Source: a virus (Duplodnaviria; Caudoviricetes). From it: a stretch of DNA of 61,535 nucleotides. The DNA is taken from IMG/VR virus record IMGVR_UViG_3300035182_000178, positions 1-61,535 of that record, one strand, 5' to 3'. Position 1 is the first letter of the stretch; each line of letters starts with the position of its first letter. A model generated the notes under the pieces. It was not told the DNA's origin. It saw only the letters and a list, made by a program, of their open reading frames with translations, and searched no databases. Shown here in pieces: positions 46,739 through 56,346 of this stretch. The position numbers and the translations under genes are program-made.

Positions 46739-47401
46739 TTAGATTGGAACTTCTTCCCACATCAATGCTGATGCCACGTTAACTGTGGTAGTGCTGACAG
46801 TATTGAGTAGTGCAAGAACACCCCCAGGAGGAACAATAAGCCCGCCGTCGAATTCCTCTACTCCGTCACCAGAGATAATTGGGGATGCAGTAGCGCCTTG
46901 AGCAGCTATGAGCGTACCAAATGCGGACGACATTTGAATAGTCAGGTTATTAGTTAGCCCGGTAAGTGCGGTTGTGATATTGAAGCCTTTAGCAACAGAA
47001 CCAGAAGATTGCAGTGTAGAACGATTCATCGGAGTAAGCCCATTGGAGATAGCTCCGTTACCAACGGACGTAGCCCACACAAAGCCTCCGGGAGCCACTG
47101 CAGAGTTGCCCGCTGCGGTGATAAGACACTTACTCTTCAGAATAACCAAGTTCTTACCTGATCCCGTAGGATTCCACACGCCAATAATGGGAGTAGTCGT
47201 GGCGGTTAGTGTGACGGTGTTTGCGGACAAGGCTGTGCTAGTCATACCAACAGAATACAGGTTTCCCTGTTTATTCTGTTCATAGTAACGACCATGCAGT
47301 TCAGAAACAATGAGATCTCCGAGTTGACCCATACGTGCGCTAGGAGTTGAACCGGCGGAAAGTGAGTTGGCTGGCGCCCCAACGATGCCTTGAATTTGCA
47401 T
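46739..47401 (-). CDS. putative structural protein
   Basis: SELHGRYYE, WNPTGSGKN, IVPPGG, WEEVP. Confidence 0.6.
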   Translation of the reverse strand: MQIQGIVGAPANSLSAGSTPSARMGQLGDLIVSELHGRYYEQNKQGNLYSVGMTSTALSANTVTLTATTTPIIGVWNPTGSGKNLVILKSKCLITAAGNSAVAPGGFVWATSVGNGAISNGLTPMNRSTLQSSGSVAKGFNITTALTGLTNNLTIQMSSAFGTLIAAQGATASPIISGDGVEEFDGGLIVPPGGVLALLNTVSTTTVNVASALMWEEVPI

Positions 47402-47410
47402 GATATCTCC

Positions 47411-49126
47411 TTAAATGTAAGTCGTTGCTACTTTGACTTGACTTGCAGTCACAGCAGTAGTGTCACTGTCAGCCGCTAGGTTAGTAATAGCGAGAGCTAT
47501 GCCGGTAGCGAACCTCTGCCCCATTGCACCACACTCTACAGAAACTGATCCGGAAGCCGGAATAGAAATGGTCATAACCGGAACATCCGTACCGACTGTT
47601 GGCGCTGAAGCCTTGTTGTAGAACTTGACAAATGCAGCAGCACTTCCGGTATTAGTAACGTTAACACAGTATAGCGTGCCAGCAGATGCCTTTATACTAG
47701 TTGCATTAGTCGTAGCGGCCGAGTTAGTGAATGTGGTTGTGGGAGTCGTTGGGGTGACATTAACAGTCCCGGCGACCTGTGTAGTCTGCCCGAATGCGGT
47801 AAACACACCCACGCTATGCTGAACAAACTGAGCTGAGAGGCGCATTGTGATCGGAACGTTCAGACCTGCAGATGAACTAGACACCCTAATTCGTATACGT
47901 TCTGCACCATATAGACTTAGTACATGAAACTGTGCTGAGGTCAGGGCTCCGTTAGAAATTGAAGCCACTGCTCCGCCGAAACCAGTCAACGCCTTCCATC
48001 CGTCAGCATAAAGCCCCTCAGCGGTTATAGTTCCGCTACCGTATGTGCCTGTGGCAACGAAGGCACTTTGATACTGGTCGCAAGGCACATCAAACAAAAC
48101 ATTACCTACCGAGGTAAGGCTAATAACCCCTTTAAAACGCGGGCTGAAGGAATTGGTAAATAAGGAGCCACTTCCAGGTTCCTGCGGAAAGACTCTTCCT
48201 AAATCCCCAGTAGGCCTAACATTAAGCTCCATGCCTGATGTCTTGTCCGTAACCAAGGACAAGACATCAAGAGAGTCAACTCCTACCCCAGAACGCCCAA
48301 GAATACTAATTGAAGCTGTTCCAGTGATACTAATGGTAGTCGCACGGAGATATCTACCAGAGGGTTTTATCGTGTATATGCCGTTGCAATTGACGATATC
48401 CTGAACACCATATGAGCTTCGTTGAATGACAGGGATTAGTTCCCAGTTAGTGAGATCATTGCTGTGCTCAAAGTAAATATTCCCACTCCAGATACCGGAT
48501 AATTGCATCACTATGCTCAAGTAGCCAAGTGTATCTACCACTGAAGTAGACCCGGTGTTCGTTATAGATGCACTGAGAAGTTGAACACCGTCGGGAGAGA
48601 CCACAGGCACGGACGCCTGAGCTGGAACAAGGCCTGCGGGTTGAATAGTTCCGTAGTAGGTGTTTATATTCAGGCGTGTTGTAGCAGCAGTACCTACGTT
48701 CTGGGCAATGAGTCTAAAATAATTACCATTTAGGGTAAATGATTGAGCAAAACCTTGATTAGCTTGAAAACTAAACACCCAAGAACTAACTTGATTTACC
48801 CCTGTGGCATCAATAAACTGCTGAACAGTAACTTGTAGAGGTTGATCAGAGTTAATCAGGAGAGAGCAGGTGGGCTGACTAAGAACATCTTCAATTGTTC
48901 CGGTGAAGGTGGCCCCGGCAGAAAGATTTGCGGTAGAAGTGTTTCCTGATCCAGCAATGTAGTATGCAGCGGCAGGCTGTATTGGTAGAGGGTTAAGCTG
49001 GTCGACATCTCCATCATATGCCCCATCAACCCCAAATCCCAGTTTAATGCGCTGGTACTTTACTCCGCTGATATCGTCAGAGGCAATTACATCACCAGTA
49101 CCAGGAAGAGTTGTATTGTCAGACAT
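47411..49126 (-). CDS. putative fibre/spike structural protein
   Basis: DDISGVKYQRIKLGFGVDG N-terminus; beta-rich; VKFYNKASAPTVGTD C-terminus. Confidence 0.6.
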   Translation of the reverse strand: MSDNTTLPGTGDVIASDDISGVKYQRIKLGFGVDGAYDGDVDQLNPLPIQPAAAYYIAGSGNTSTANLSAGATFTGTIEDVLSQPTCSLLINSDQPLQVTVQQFIDATGVNQVSSWVFSFQANQGFAQSFTLNGNYFRLIAQNVGTAATTRLNINTYYGTIQPAGLVPAQASVPVVSPDGVQLLSASITNTGSTSVVDTLGYLSIVMQLSGIWSGNIYFEHSNDLTNWELIPVIQRSSYGVQDIVNCNGIYTIKPSGRYLRATTISITGTASISILGRSGVGVDSLDVLSLVTDKTSGMELNVRPTGDLGRVFPQEPGSGSLFTNSFSPRFKGVISLTSVGNVLFDVPCDQYQSAFVATGTYGSGTITAEGLYADGWKALTGFGGAVASISNGALTSAQFHVLSLYGAERIRIRVSSSSAGLNVPITMRLSAQFVQHSVGVFTAFGQTTQVAGTVNVTPTTPTTTFTNSAATTNATSIKASAGTLYCVNVTNTGSAAAFVKFYNKASAPTVGTDVPVMTISIPASGSVSVECGAMGQRFATGIALAITNLAADSDTTAVTASQVKVATTYI

Positions 49127-49134
49127 GCCTCACC

Positions 49135-49365
49135 TCAAGGATTCAGATCTTGCGTAGTAACGATGACATGCGCACCTTGCTGGTAGACTCGAACACCGTT
49201 AAGCTCGGTTACCAACCAACACTCTTCTCGTGCCTGTTCAGTACCCACGCCCTTAATAGCTCGACGTTTGAACATCGTACCCTCTTCCAGTAGGGAGACG
49301 GTTATAGTTCCGTCCGTTCCATGCTTAACCCCGTTCTCAACTCTGATGTCATGGACTACACACAT
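49135..49365 (-). CDS. hypothetical protein
   Basis: Coupled ORF. Confidence 0.5.
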   Translation of the reverse strand: MCVVHDIRVENGVKHGTDGTITVSLLEEGTMFKRRAIKGVGTEQAREECWLVTELNGVRVYQQGAHVIVTTQDLNP

Positions 49366-49856
49366 TAGATTTCATCCCAGGCAAGTGTCAGTGTTTCGGA
49401 TGGAGTTACTCCCCCAGTCGCTGAGGTTCCTACCGTGAGCATCATTACTAGGTGATCCCCTTTTTCACCAGTGGATGTATAAGGACCAGCGCCGAGGACC
49501 AGTGGAGATCCAGAGGTATAAGTAAAGAAGTCGGTGTATCCCGTGGTAGCGGTGGCTTCAGCCGGGGTTGCGTAAGCCGTCACAGTTTTCGCGTACAAAC
49601 TTACCCCTGTACCCAGTCCATTAGCGCCATCGGAGTAAACCCTGATATTCGTAATCTGCGTGTAAGTGCCGCCGGACACGTTCATGCGAAGCCACTTCTC
49701 GAATGAGTAATCCACACCGGCACCGGGCTTGACCATCGGATTGACAAGGTCTACAGTGGAATTGTCTGCATTCTTGAAACGGATGTTACCGGAAGTTTTG
49801 TCGGTCTGAGTGCCCCCAGCACCATTCTTCTCGACGATTTGGACGGTTGCGGCCAT
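49365..49856 (-). CDS. putative structural protein
   Basis: RFKNADN, YSFEKW, ETLTLAWDEI. Confidence 0.6.
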   Translation of the reverse strand: MAATVQIVEKNGAGGTQTDKTSGNIRFKNADNSTVDLVNPMVKPGAGVDYSFEKWLRMNVSGGTYTQITNIRVYSDGANGLGTGVSLYAKTVTAYATPAEATATTGYTDFFTYTSGSPLVLGAGPYTSTGEKGDHLVMMLTVGTSATGGVTPSETLTLAWDEI

Positions 49857-49865
49857 GATGGCTCC

Positions 49866-50321
49866 TTACTTAACGATTGCCCTAACTTGTTCCGGGGAAG
49901 TAACCTTGTCGTCGTGTATGTGCATACGCATTTCCGCGACAGCTTTGACTTGGTCGTCTATAATAGCATTCACGCGATAACCGACCGCCGACCAGAAGAC
50001 GCTAATAGCAATGACAAATCCGGTGGCTGTGTAAAGCCACTTGTCATACCCGTGATGCGCACTCTCGTCTATCTTGATGTGTTCTTCGAGTTCTCGCTGG
50101 CTTTTTTCAATGGACTTGAAAGCTCGTTCAATAGCCGCATTGCTATTGTTGTGATTGACCTCAAGTACCGCGAGACGGGACAAGGCTTTTGTATTTTCGT
50201 CAACGACTGTTGTGAGTCGCTCCACGTTACTGTTCAGGGCATCGAGCTTGGCTTGCAAAGTTCCACCTTGATCGGACATTCCCATTCTCCGTTCATTGCC
50301 GTCCCAAATAGGTTCACTCAT
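49866..50321 (-). CDS. single-TM coiled-coil membrane protein of the lysis cassette
   Basis: WDGNERR, LSRLAVLE, TM segment WLYTATGFVIAISVFWSAV. Confidence 0.55.
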   Translation of the reverse strand: MSEPIWDGNERRMGMSDQGGTLQAKLDALNSNVERLTTVVDENTKALSRLAVLEVNHNNSNAAIERAFKSIEKSQRELEEHIKIDESAHHGYDKWLYTATGFVIAISVFWSAVGYRVNAIIDDQVKAVAEMRMHIHDDKVTSPEQVRAIVK

Positions 50322-50641
50322 TTGTTCGCCCCTTTGCAACGTACATTATCTAATTTTGTTTTTTCACGATGCTGCGCAATGGTCAACCATTGCATGTTCG
50401 TGGCTACGTCTTTACCGCAGCATTCCAGTGCATCGATGTGATCGATCTGATATCCCGGACAAGACCCTGTTTTACGCCCTGTGGCAGGACAAGGGTTCAG
50501 TTTTTTGAACTTCGCCACTTGGTACGAAGAACGCTTAATTTTACCATGAGTTGTACGCTCGATGGTACATTCAGCACCAAAAGCATAGCCGCCTGCAACG
50601 AGCGAAGCGGCTACGAATAGTGAGATGAAAAATTGCTTCAT
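50318..50641 (-). CDS. HNH-fold nuclease with predicted signal peptide
   Basis: MKQFFISLFVAASLVAGGYAFGA signal; PCPATG...CPGYQIDHIDAL..G.D...NMQWL...H..KT. Confidence 0.7.
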   Translation of the reverse strand: MKQFFISLFVAASLVAGGYAFGAECTIERTTHGKIKRSSYQVAKFKKLNPCPATGRKTGSCPGYQIDHIDALECCGKDVATNMQWLTIAQHREKTKLDNVRCKGANK

Positions 50642-51171
50642 TTCGTCACCAGTTTGTCGATCGTTGAGTCTTTGTTCTGACTACCCCGAGTAGTACCGAA
50701 CTCGAACGAGTAAATGTTGTCGAGATAACCAAGGAATCGTCCAAGTACCAGTGTCACGATTCCTTTCATGAACTCGTTGATAGATGGGTCTTTCCAGATC
50801 GCATAAACAAGAGCGCAGATAACACCGACAGCCAGAACAAACATCACGTCAGCTCGGTAGTTCCTATTACCTGAAGACTGAATCGCAGAGTCTCGTACCC
50901 GCGCAGAGTCACGATCCTTAAACTCCAGCTCAGCATAACGAAATCCTCGCTCAGCCTCTTCGTCCTTGTACTTCAGCTCTAGCTGTCGAAGCGCAGAGAC
51001 CTGCTCACTGGTTAGTGAACCATTCTCAATGGCAACCTTGATCTGGTCCTGAGTCGCATCAGGAATACCCAGAAGTTCACCGATAGCAGTAACAGCAGCG
51101 CCAGCGAGGGGACCGCCAAGAGCAGTTGCAACAGTCGGTGCGAGTTTAGCAAGTGTATCCTTCCAGTTCAT
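50638..51171 (-). CDS. holin-like membrane protein
   Basis: APTVATALGGPLAG, DRDSAR, two C-terminal TM segments, FEFGT. Confidence 0.65.
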   Translation of the reverse strand: MNWKDTLAKLAPTVATALGGPLAGAAVTAIGELLGIPDATQDQIKVAIENGSLTSEQVSALRQLELKYKDEEAERGFRYAELEFKDRDSARVRDSAIQSSGNRNYRADVMFVLAVGVICALVYAIWKDPSINEFMKGIVTLVLGRFLGYLDNIYSFEFGTTRGSQNKDSTIDKLVTK

Positions 51172-51584
51172 TGAAGTTTAGCCCCAGCTTGAAGTTGTTC
51201 GAGCGTCAATCCGTTTGAGAACTGACAATGTGCAGTTTCGCGGAGTTTACCGGCCCAACGCCCAGCCCACTCAAGCCCGACTGATTCCGCGATGATACCA
51301 GCCTTAAGGTAGAGATCTGCGTTTTTCCATGCAGGTTTTCCACCCACAAGCGGAACAAAGTCGAATGCACAGTGATAATTATGGAAAGATTGGCCGCCGC
51401 GAGCATTAGTGACAACGTCACCGGGTTTGGTGCGACCTTGTGCAAAGAGTTCATCTTGCTCTTCCTTCGAACGATAGGTGCAGTAAATCAGGATGTCGAT
51501 TCCGGATTCGGCGCAACGTTGTATGAACAATTGTGCTTTGGCTTTAACCGACGGCACGAGATCTTCTAAAGAACGACTAGCCAT
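51168..51584 (-). CDS. endolysin, M15-family L-Ala-D-Glu peptidase
   Basis: TYRSKEEQDELFAQGRT, VTNARGGQSFHNY..AFD, GLEWAGRW, ETAHCQ. Confidence 0.9.
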   Translation of the reverse strand: MASRSLEDLVPSVKAKAQLFIQRCAESGIDILIYCTYRSKEEQDELFAQGRTKPGDVVTNARGGQSFHNYHCAFDFVPLVGGKPAWKNADLYLKAGIIAESVGLEWAGRWAGKLRETAHCQFSNGLTLEQLQAGAKLQ

Positions 51585-54313
51585 TATTCGCTCCTAGCAC
51601 CGATGGTCTCGCCTTTTGCATCCTTGACCAAGGTGGTGACTTTTGGTTTAGAAAGGTGTGTGATCGTTTCACGCAGTCCATTCATGATCTCAGATAATGC
51701 GTCATTTGTCTGCTGTCTACCGATTTGGTCCAGCATTGTCTGGAGTTTTTCCAGGTTTGGACCTAGTTCGGGCTGACGTTCACCAACTTGACTCATAGAC
51801 GCTTGCATACTGGTCAGTTGTTGCTGCATCTGTGCGATTGCCATCTTCGTGTCGTTGTCGTCGCGATTCTTGAGCAAGTCAGTAACCTGCTTTTGATGAT
51901 TGTCAGCTTCGTTCTTCATCAGTTCAACTTGCTGACGCAGTTGCTCTGCTTGGTCTTCAGAACGAAGACGCATCGTTTCTATCATCTGTTCAAACTGATG
52001 CTGCGCGGTTTGAAGTTGCTGTTCAAACTGAACGCGATTCTGTTCGATAGCTTGACGATTCTGTTCCAGCTGATTTTCAGCTTGCATCTTGGCTTGCTGA
52101 TTAGCGAGCGTAGCCTTGTCGTACTCAGACTTACGCTGGGTGTCCATTTTGGCAATCTCCAGAGAGGCCTGGACTTCAGGAGGCATAGGCGGTGTCGGCA
52201 TCCGTTGCTGAAGTTGCTGCTGAACCTGCGAAATCGTCTGAATAACCGGAGCAAGATCCTGTTGAAGAATCAGCATGGCTTTCTGGTATCCGGCAACGAT
52301 GCCTTGCTCAGACATACCGTGATCTGCTGCAAATGTCAACGTGACACGCGTCTGATGCATCTGGATATGTTCGCCGATATGCTGCAATAATTGCATCAGT
52401 AATTGAGGCTGCACCAGAGGATTCATCATCTGGACTGGAGATGTCAAGAACATCAGGTGGCCGTGAATATGCGTCAGGTGATCCTGCTCAGGCTGAGCCT
52501 TTAGTGGATTACCTTGCATAATCATTGTGTTTTCAGAAAGCAGGTCGGAGCTGATAGGTTCCTTGGGCGCAGGGAGAAGCTCGTCGATATTCTCAATGCG
52601 CATCTGACGAAGCATGCGGCGGCGAACTGCGATCTGATTCCAAGGTATGTTCGGGTTTTGCGCGTCTCCGCCGGCCATTTGAAGAATGGCTTGAGACTGT
52701 GCAAATCGTTGAGCTTCGGAGAAGATTGTCGGATCTGAGACAGGTACAACATCCATCGAACCAGTGAAATCTTCGATAGAAATCTGATCTTCGTATCCTT
52801 CGTCGTCGTCCAGATACTGCGAATTCAACCTGTGTAAGATTTGCAGAACACGTTTCTGTGACTCGTGGAGACGTGCGTGGATAGCTGCGTACGTATTGCT
52901 GCCCTGCTCAACGAGCGCCATTGTGGTGCCGACAGGTGTGCGGTCACCAACTTGACCGATCTTTTCTTCTGCTGTAGCGACGACGCCCTTTGCCAGACTG
53001 TAAAGTTTATCCATCAAGTCCGCGAGGACAGGTGACGGAGGATTGAACGGCATCGGCATTGCCAGCTTGCGAATATCGTCAACGCCAGCAGGTCCTTCTA
53101 TTTCACAGACTTGTGTGATGTCTACCTGTGTATTTTGACCGTTGGCACGGGAAGCACCGCGCAACTTCAGCATCGTCGCGGCATTGTTGATGTGCGCAGA
53201 ATCAAGAAGCGCACGCAACGAACCTGTCAGAGCGGCGCTTAGGCCGCCGATAAGATGCGGGAGACCGAGAGCATACGCACCGCGCCACGGGATAAACTTG
53301 AACTCAACGATCCAGTCCAAACGCTCCATCGACGGGTCTTTTTCGTCCCAGTTGCGATAGATGGAAAGAACTTGCTCAGAGTAAGCGTCTACTGTGACGA
53401 TGTAAGGAGCGTAGTCGCCTCCGCTTACCGAGTCTTGTCCTTCTTCAAGGTACGTGTAGATTTCGTAGATTTCACGAAGTCCGTCTTCGTTAAATCCGTC
53501 TTCTTCTCGGCCTTCGATTTTATCGTTTGCTTCACCTGAAGCTGATTGATCAGGGATGGAGCTACTGACAATAGGATCAGAAACATCGCGGTACAAGCCA
53601 GAAGCCACTCGACGATTGTACTCGTCACGTGTGATGAGTTGGCGATGTGTGGCGCGTTGCGCTGTGTAGAAACTTGTTGCAGCATACGGAAGGAAAATGT
53701 CATCAACAGGGACGAACTCCACTCTGGCTCGACGCAACCGATCATCACGCCAAACCTTCATGTATTGCGAACCGCCCATCGGGACTTGTGTCAGCAACTG
53801 CTCGAGCTCTTCGCGGTATTCCTTGATACGAGTCGTAAGTTGCCAATTCATGTAGCGCGTCTTTCGTTGCGCCTTTTCCATCTTGTCCGGAGTGGTTTCT
53901 CCGGCGACCCAAGGTTTTACAGGACCAGTGGCCGGGAATAGCTCTTTGATTGCTCGACTGGCAAAATCCACGCAGGCTTCGGCCAACACTGGATGAACCA
54001 CTTTGTTAGCGCCAGCGAAATCAGCACCGCCCGGAGCATCGTCTCCTAGACCAGAGCGGCGAATACCTTCTTGATATTGTTCGTCTCGTTTTTCGCGGCT
54101 TTTCTGGTCTTTTTCAACAAGTTCAACAAGGTCGCCGCCGATGACTGAGAGAGTGTCTTCATCCCACACTTCAGCCAAGTTTTGCTGGAACGGTGTTTCT
54201 TCTAGCTCTTCCGCTTCCTCTCCGAGAAGAACATCGACTGAACCGTCCTCATTCTCGACCATGTTTTCCGGCATCTCGCCGAGAGTAAGGGGGTTCAGTT
54301 CATCTTCGTCCAT
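51584..54313 (-). CDS. portal protein (P22-like, long C-terminal coiled coil)
   Basis: VVHPVLAEAC, ELFPATGPVK, YMNWQLT, PVGTTMALVEQG, PVSDP. Confidence 0.9.
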   Translation of the reverse strand: MDEDELNPLTLGEMPENMVENEDGSVDVLLGEEAEELEETPFQQNLAEVWDEDTLSVIGGDLVELVEKDQKSREKRDEQYQEGIRRSGLGDDAPGGADFAGANKVVHPVLAEACVDFASRAIKELFPATGPVKPWVAGETTPDKMEKAQRKTRYMNWQLTTRIKEYREELEQLLTQVPMGGSQYMKVWRDDRLRRARVEFVPVDDIFLPYAATSFYTAQRATHRQLITRDEYNRRVASGLYRDVSDPIVSSSIPDQSASGEANDKIEGREEDGFNEDGLREIYEIYTYLEEGQDSVSGGDYAPYIVTVDAYSEQVLSIYRNWDEKDPSMERLDWIVEFKFIPWRGAYALGLPHLIGGLSAALTGSLRALLDSAHINNAATMLKLRGASRANGQNTQVDITQVCEIEGPAGVDDIRKLAMPMPFNPPSPVLADLMDKLYSLAKGVVATAEEKIGQVGDRTPVGTTMALVEQGSNTYAAIHARLHESQKRVLQILHRLNSQYLDDDEGYEDQISIEDFTGSMDVVPVSDPTIFSEAQRFAQSQAILQMAGGDAQNPNIPWNQIAVRRRMLRQMRIENIDELLPAPKEPISSDLLSENTMIMQGNPLKAQPEQDHLTHIHGHLMFLTSPVQMMNPLVQPQLLMQLLQHIGEHIQMHQTRVTLTFAADHGMSEQGIVAGYQKAMLILQQDLAPVIQTISQVQQQLQQRMPTPPMPPEVQASLEIAKMDTQRKSEYDKATLANQQAKMQAENQLEQNRQAIEQNRVQFEQQLQTAQHQFEQMIETMRLRSEDQAEQLRQQVELMKNEADNHQKQVTDLLKNRDDNDTKMAIAQMQQQLTSMQASMSQVGERQPELGPNLEKLQTMLDQIGRQQTNDALSEIMNGLRETITHLSKPKVTTLVKDAKGETIGARSE

Positions 54314-54373
54314 TGACGTGACCTCGGAAAATTTGGTTTATTGTACAATAAAGCCGACTGAAAATAAAGTGTC

Positions 54374-56344
54374 TCAGTAGTTAAACGAGTCTTTCAGTAA
54401 CTGATCAAAACTAGACATTTGACCAGCGATGTTCTCTTCGTGCAGCCCTAGGTCTCGGAGAGCTTTTTCGGCCTGTGTCCTGTTCATCAGGCCTTTCACC
54501 AGACCATCAGTAAACATATTCATATCAACAAGACCGGCGTTACTGTGATCTGCTTTGACTGGATAATTATTCTCTTGTATTAAGCGTTGAATATATGGCT
54601 GAAACGATTTATCAGGTGCTTGATTGGAATTACCTTTGATTTGAGTAATCACCCATCGTGGTTGTGTGACGTCAGGGTGATCACCAAATTTGTTCATCAA
54701 TGTGTCTATCACATTAGAATCTGAAGGATCTATACCATTGTCAACAAGGTGTTTTGTGAGTGCCTTGTCTAACTCTGGTGTGTTGTCTAGCCTATCCATA
54801 ACATCGTAAAATTGAGAACGATATTTGTCAGTAGCACGTTCTTCAAACTGCTCTTGTGTGAGGCCGTATTCGCTGTTAAAATAGCTGCGCCAGTAATCCA
54901 ACGGTAGAACACCGTCATTGCGCATTTCAATTGTTGCTTTTGGTTTTCCGTGGTTATCCACAAGTGACAAAACTCTGGCGCGACCATGTTTGATCGCATC
55001 CCAACCGCCGTGACCATAGTCAAGGAAACCGTCCTGCCCAGAGTCTTCAGTCCAATCAGGTGAACCGTATTCCGGCTCGTAGCCACGCACTGAATGACCC
55101 ATCGCATCAGACTCAGAAGCGAATGAACCAGGTTTGTTGAGTTCGATGAAACGATAACCGTCGCCGAAGTCTTGCACTGTCGGAAGACCTTCTCGCATAG
55201 CACGCTTCAATGCGCCTTCGTGCTCACGAATGGAATAAAGATGACGGATCATCTTCTCCATACCCATGTTTTGAAGGTCTTCTGGAGCGAGTTTCAGGTG
55301 AGCAGGGAGCTTCTCATCCGTCATCGCTTTCTTGACGTCTTCGAACATTTGTTCGAATCCGGAATCACCCAAGAAATGTCTGGGTTCAGATATTCCATAG
55401 ATTTTTTCTTCAGGTGGTAGAGTCTTTATCCATGGTTCATGGAAAAACTTCTGTGATTTACCTTCCTTATCCATCTGAACAGCTTGAGCGTGTGTCAGCG
55501 CATTTTCGTAAGTAGCTTCGTCGAGAAGTCTTCTTCCCCTGTGATCAACACTCCAGGTGCCGTCGTGTGGTGATTGTCGCAGGGTCGTACCGAAACCACT
55601 GTTGTCAAAACCATAGACAGGCATACCTGTATCAGCCGACTTGTAGAGTTCAACAGGTTCCGGAGGTAAGTACTCGCGTGCAGGGTGGTCGTGGATCACG
55701 CTATCAGCATATCCCTCCCAGAGTTTAGACTGAGGTGTTTTGGCTTCCCAAGTCTGTCCAGGACGCCAGTCATTACCCCATTGACGCGTGTCGAAGTTAA
55801 TGCGCTCCATCTCCGGAACATGGTAGATGCCTTGGTCTGCCAACAGACGAACAGGGTCTTTCATCGTCCCCATGTCATTTTTGATGTATCTGCTGAAAGG
55901 ACCATCGACCCATTTGTTGAGCGCTTCTTCGTGCGGTTGGGCTGGAGCGGGTGTTTTTCTTTCAAGAACAAGTGCTTCAGCGCGACGAGGATCCATGCCG
56001 GGGTACGCTCGCACCATCGCATTGATAGCGTTTGCTAGAGGACCGCGCTTTGCCTTCATAACAGCTTGTGCGACTTCGCTAGTCAGCCAGTTGCCTCCCT
56101 TGTTCTTTATAACGCCCAAAGCGCCAAGACCACCAGAACCGAAGTTGTCAAGAGCGCCTTGTATCATCTGCTCGGCTCGCTCATTGGTAGAAAGAGTACG
56201 GTAGCCGAGAGCGCCGCCTTTCGCCTCGGCTACACGACCCTTGTTGAAATTGTCCAGATTATCAACCAACTGCGCGAGTACGCCTTTAGGATCATCATAG
56301 ATTTCACGTAAGCGGCGAAGGACACCTTGAGAAATATCTGCCAT
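54374..56344 (-). CDS. polyvalent-type protein with PcfJ-like domain
   Basis: ESDAMGHSVRGY, VLSLVDNHGKPKATIEM, ITQIKGNSNQAP. Confidence 0.6.
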   Translation of the reverse strand: MADISQGVLRRLREIYDDPKGVLAQLVDNLDNFNKGRVAEAKGGALGYRTLSTNERAEQMIQGALDNFGSGGLGALGVIKNKGGNWLTSEVAQAVMKAKRGPLANAINAMVRAYPGMDPRRAEALVLERKTPAPAQPHEEALNKWVDGPFSRYIKNDMGTMKDPVRLLADQGIYHVPEMERINFDTRQWGNDWRPGQTWEAKTPQSKLWEGYADSVIHDHPAREYLPPEPVELYKSADTGMPVYGFDNSGFGTTLRQSPHDGTWSVDHRGRRLLDEATYENALTHAQAVQMDKEGKSQKFFHEPWIKTLPPEEKIYGISEPRHFLGDSGFEQMFEDVKKAMTDEKLPAHLKLAPEDLQNMGMEKMIRHLYSIREHEGALKRAMREGLPTVQDFGDGYRFIELNKPGSFASESDAMGHSVRGYEPEYGSPDWTEDSGQDGFLDYGHGGWDAIKHGRARVLSLVDNHGKPKATIEMRNDGVLPLDYWRSYFNSEYGLTQEQFEERATDKYRSQFYDVMDRLDNTPELDKALTKHLVDNGIDPSDSNVIDTLMNKFGDHPDVTQPRWVITQIKGNSNQAPDKSFQPYIQRLIQENNYPVKADHSNAGLVDMNMFTDGLVKGLMNRTQAEKALRDLGLHEENIAGQMSSFDQLLKDSFNY

Positions 56345-56346
56345 GA

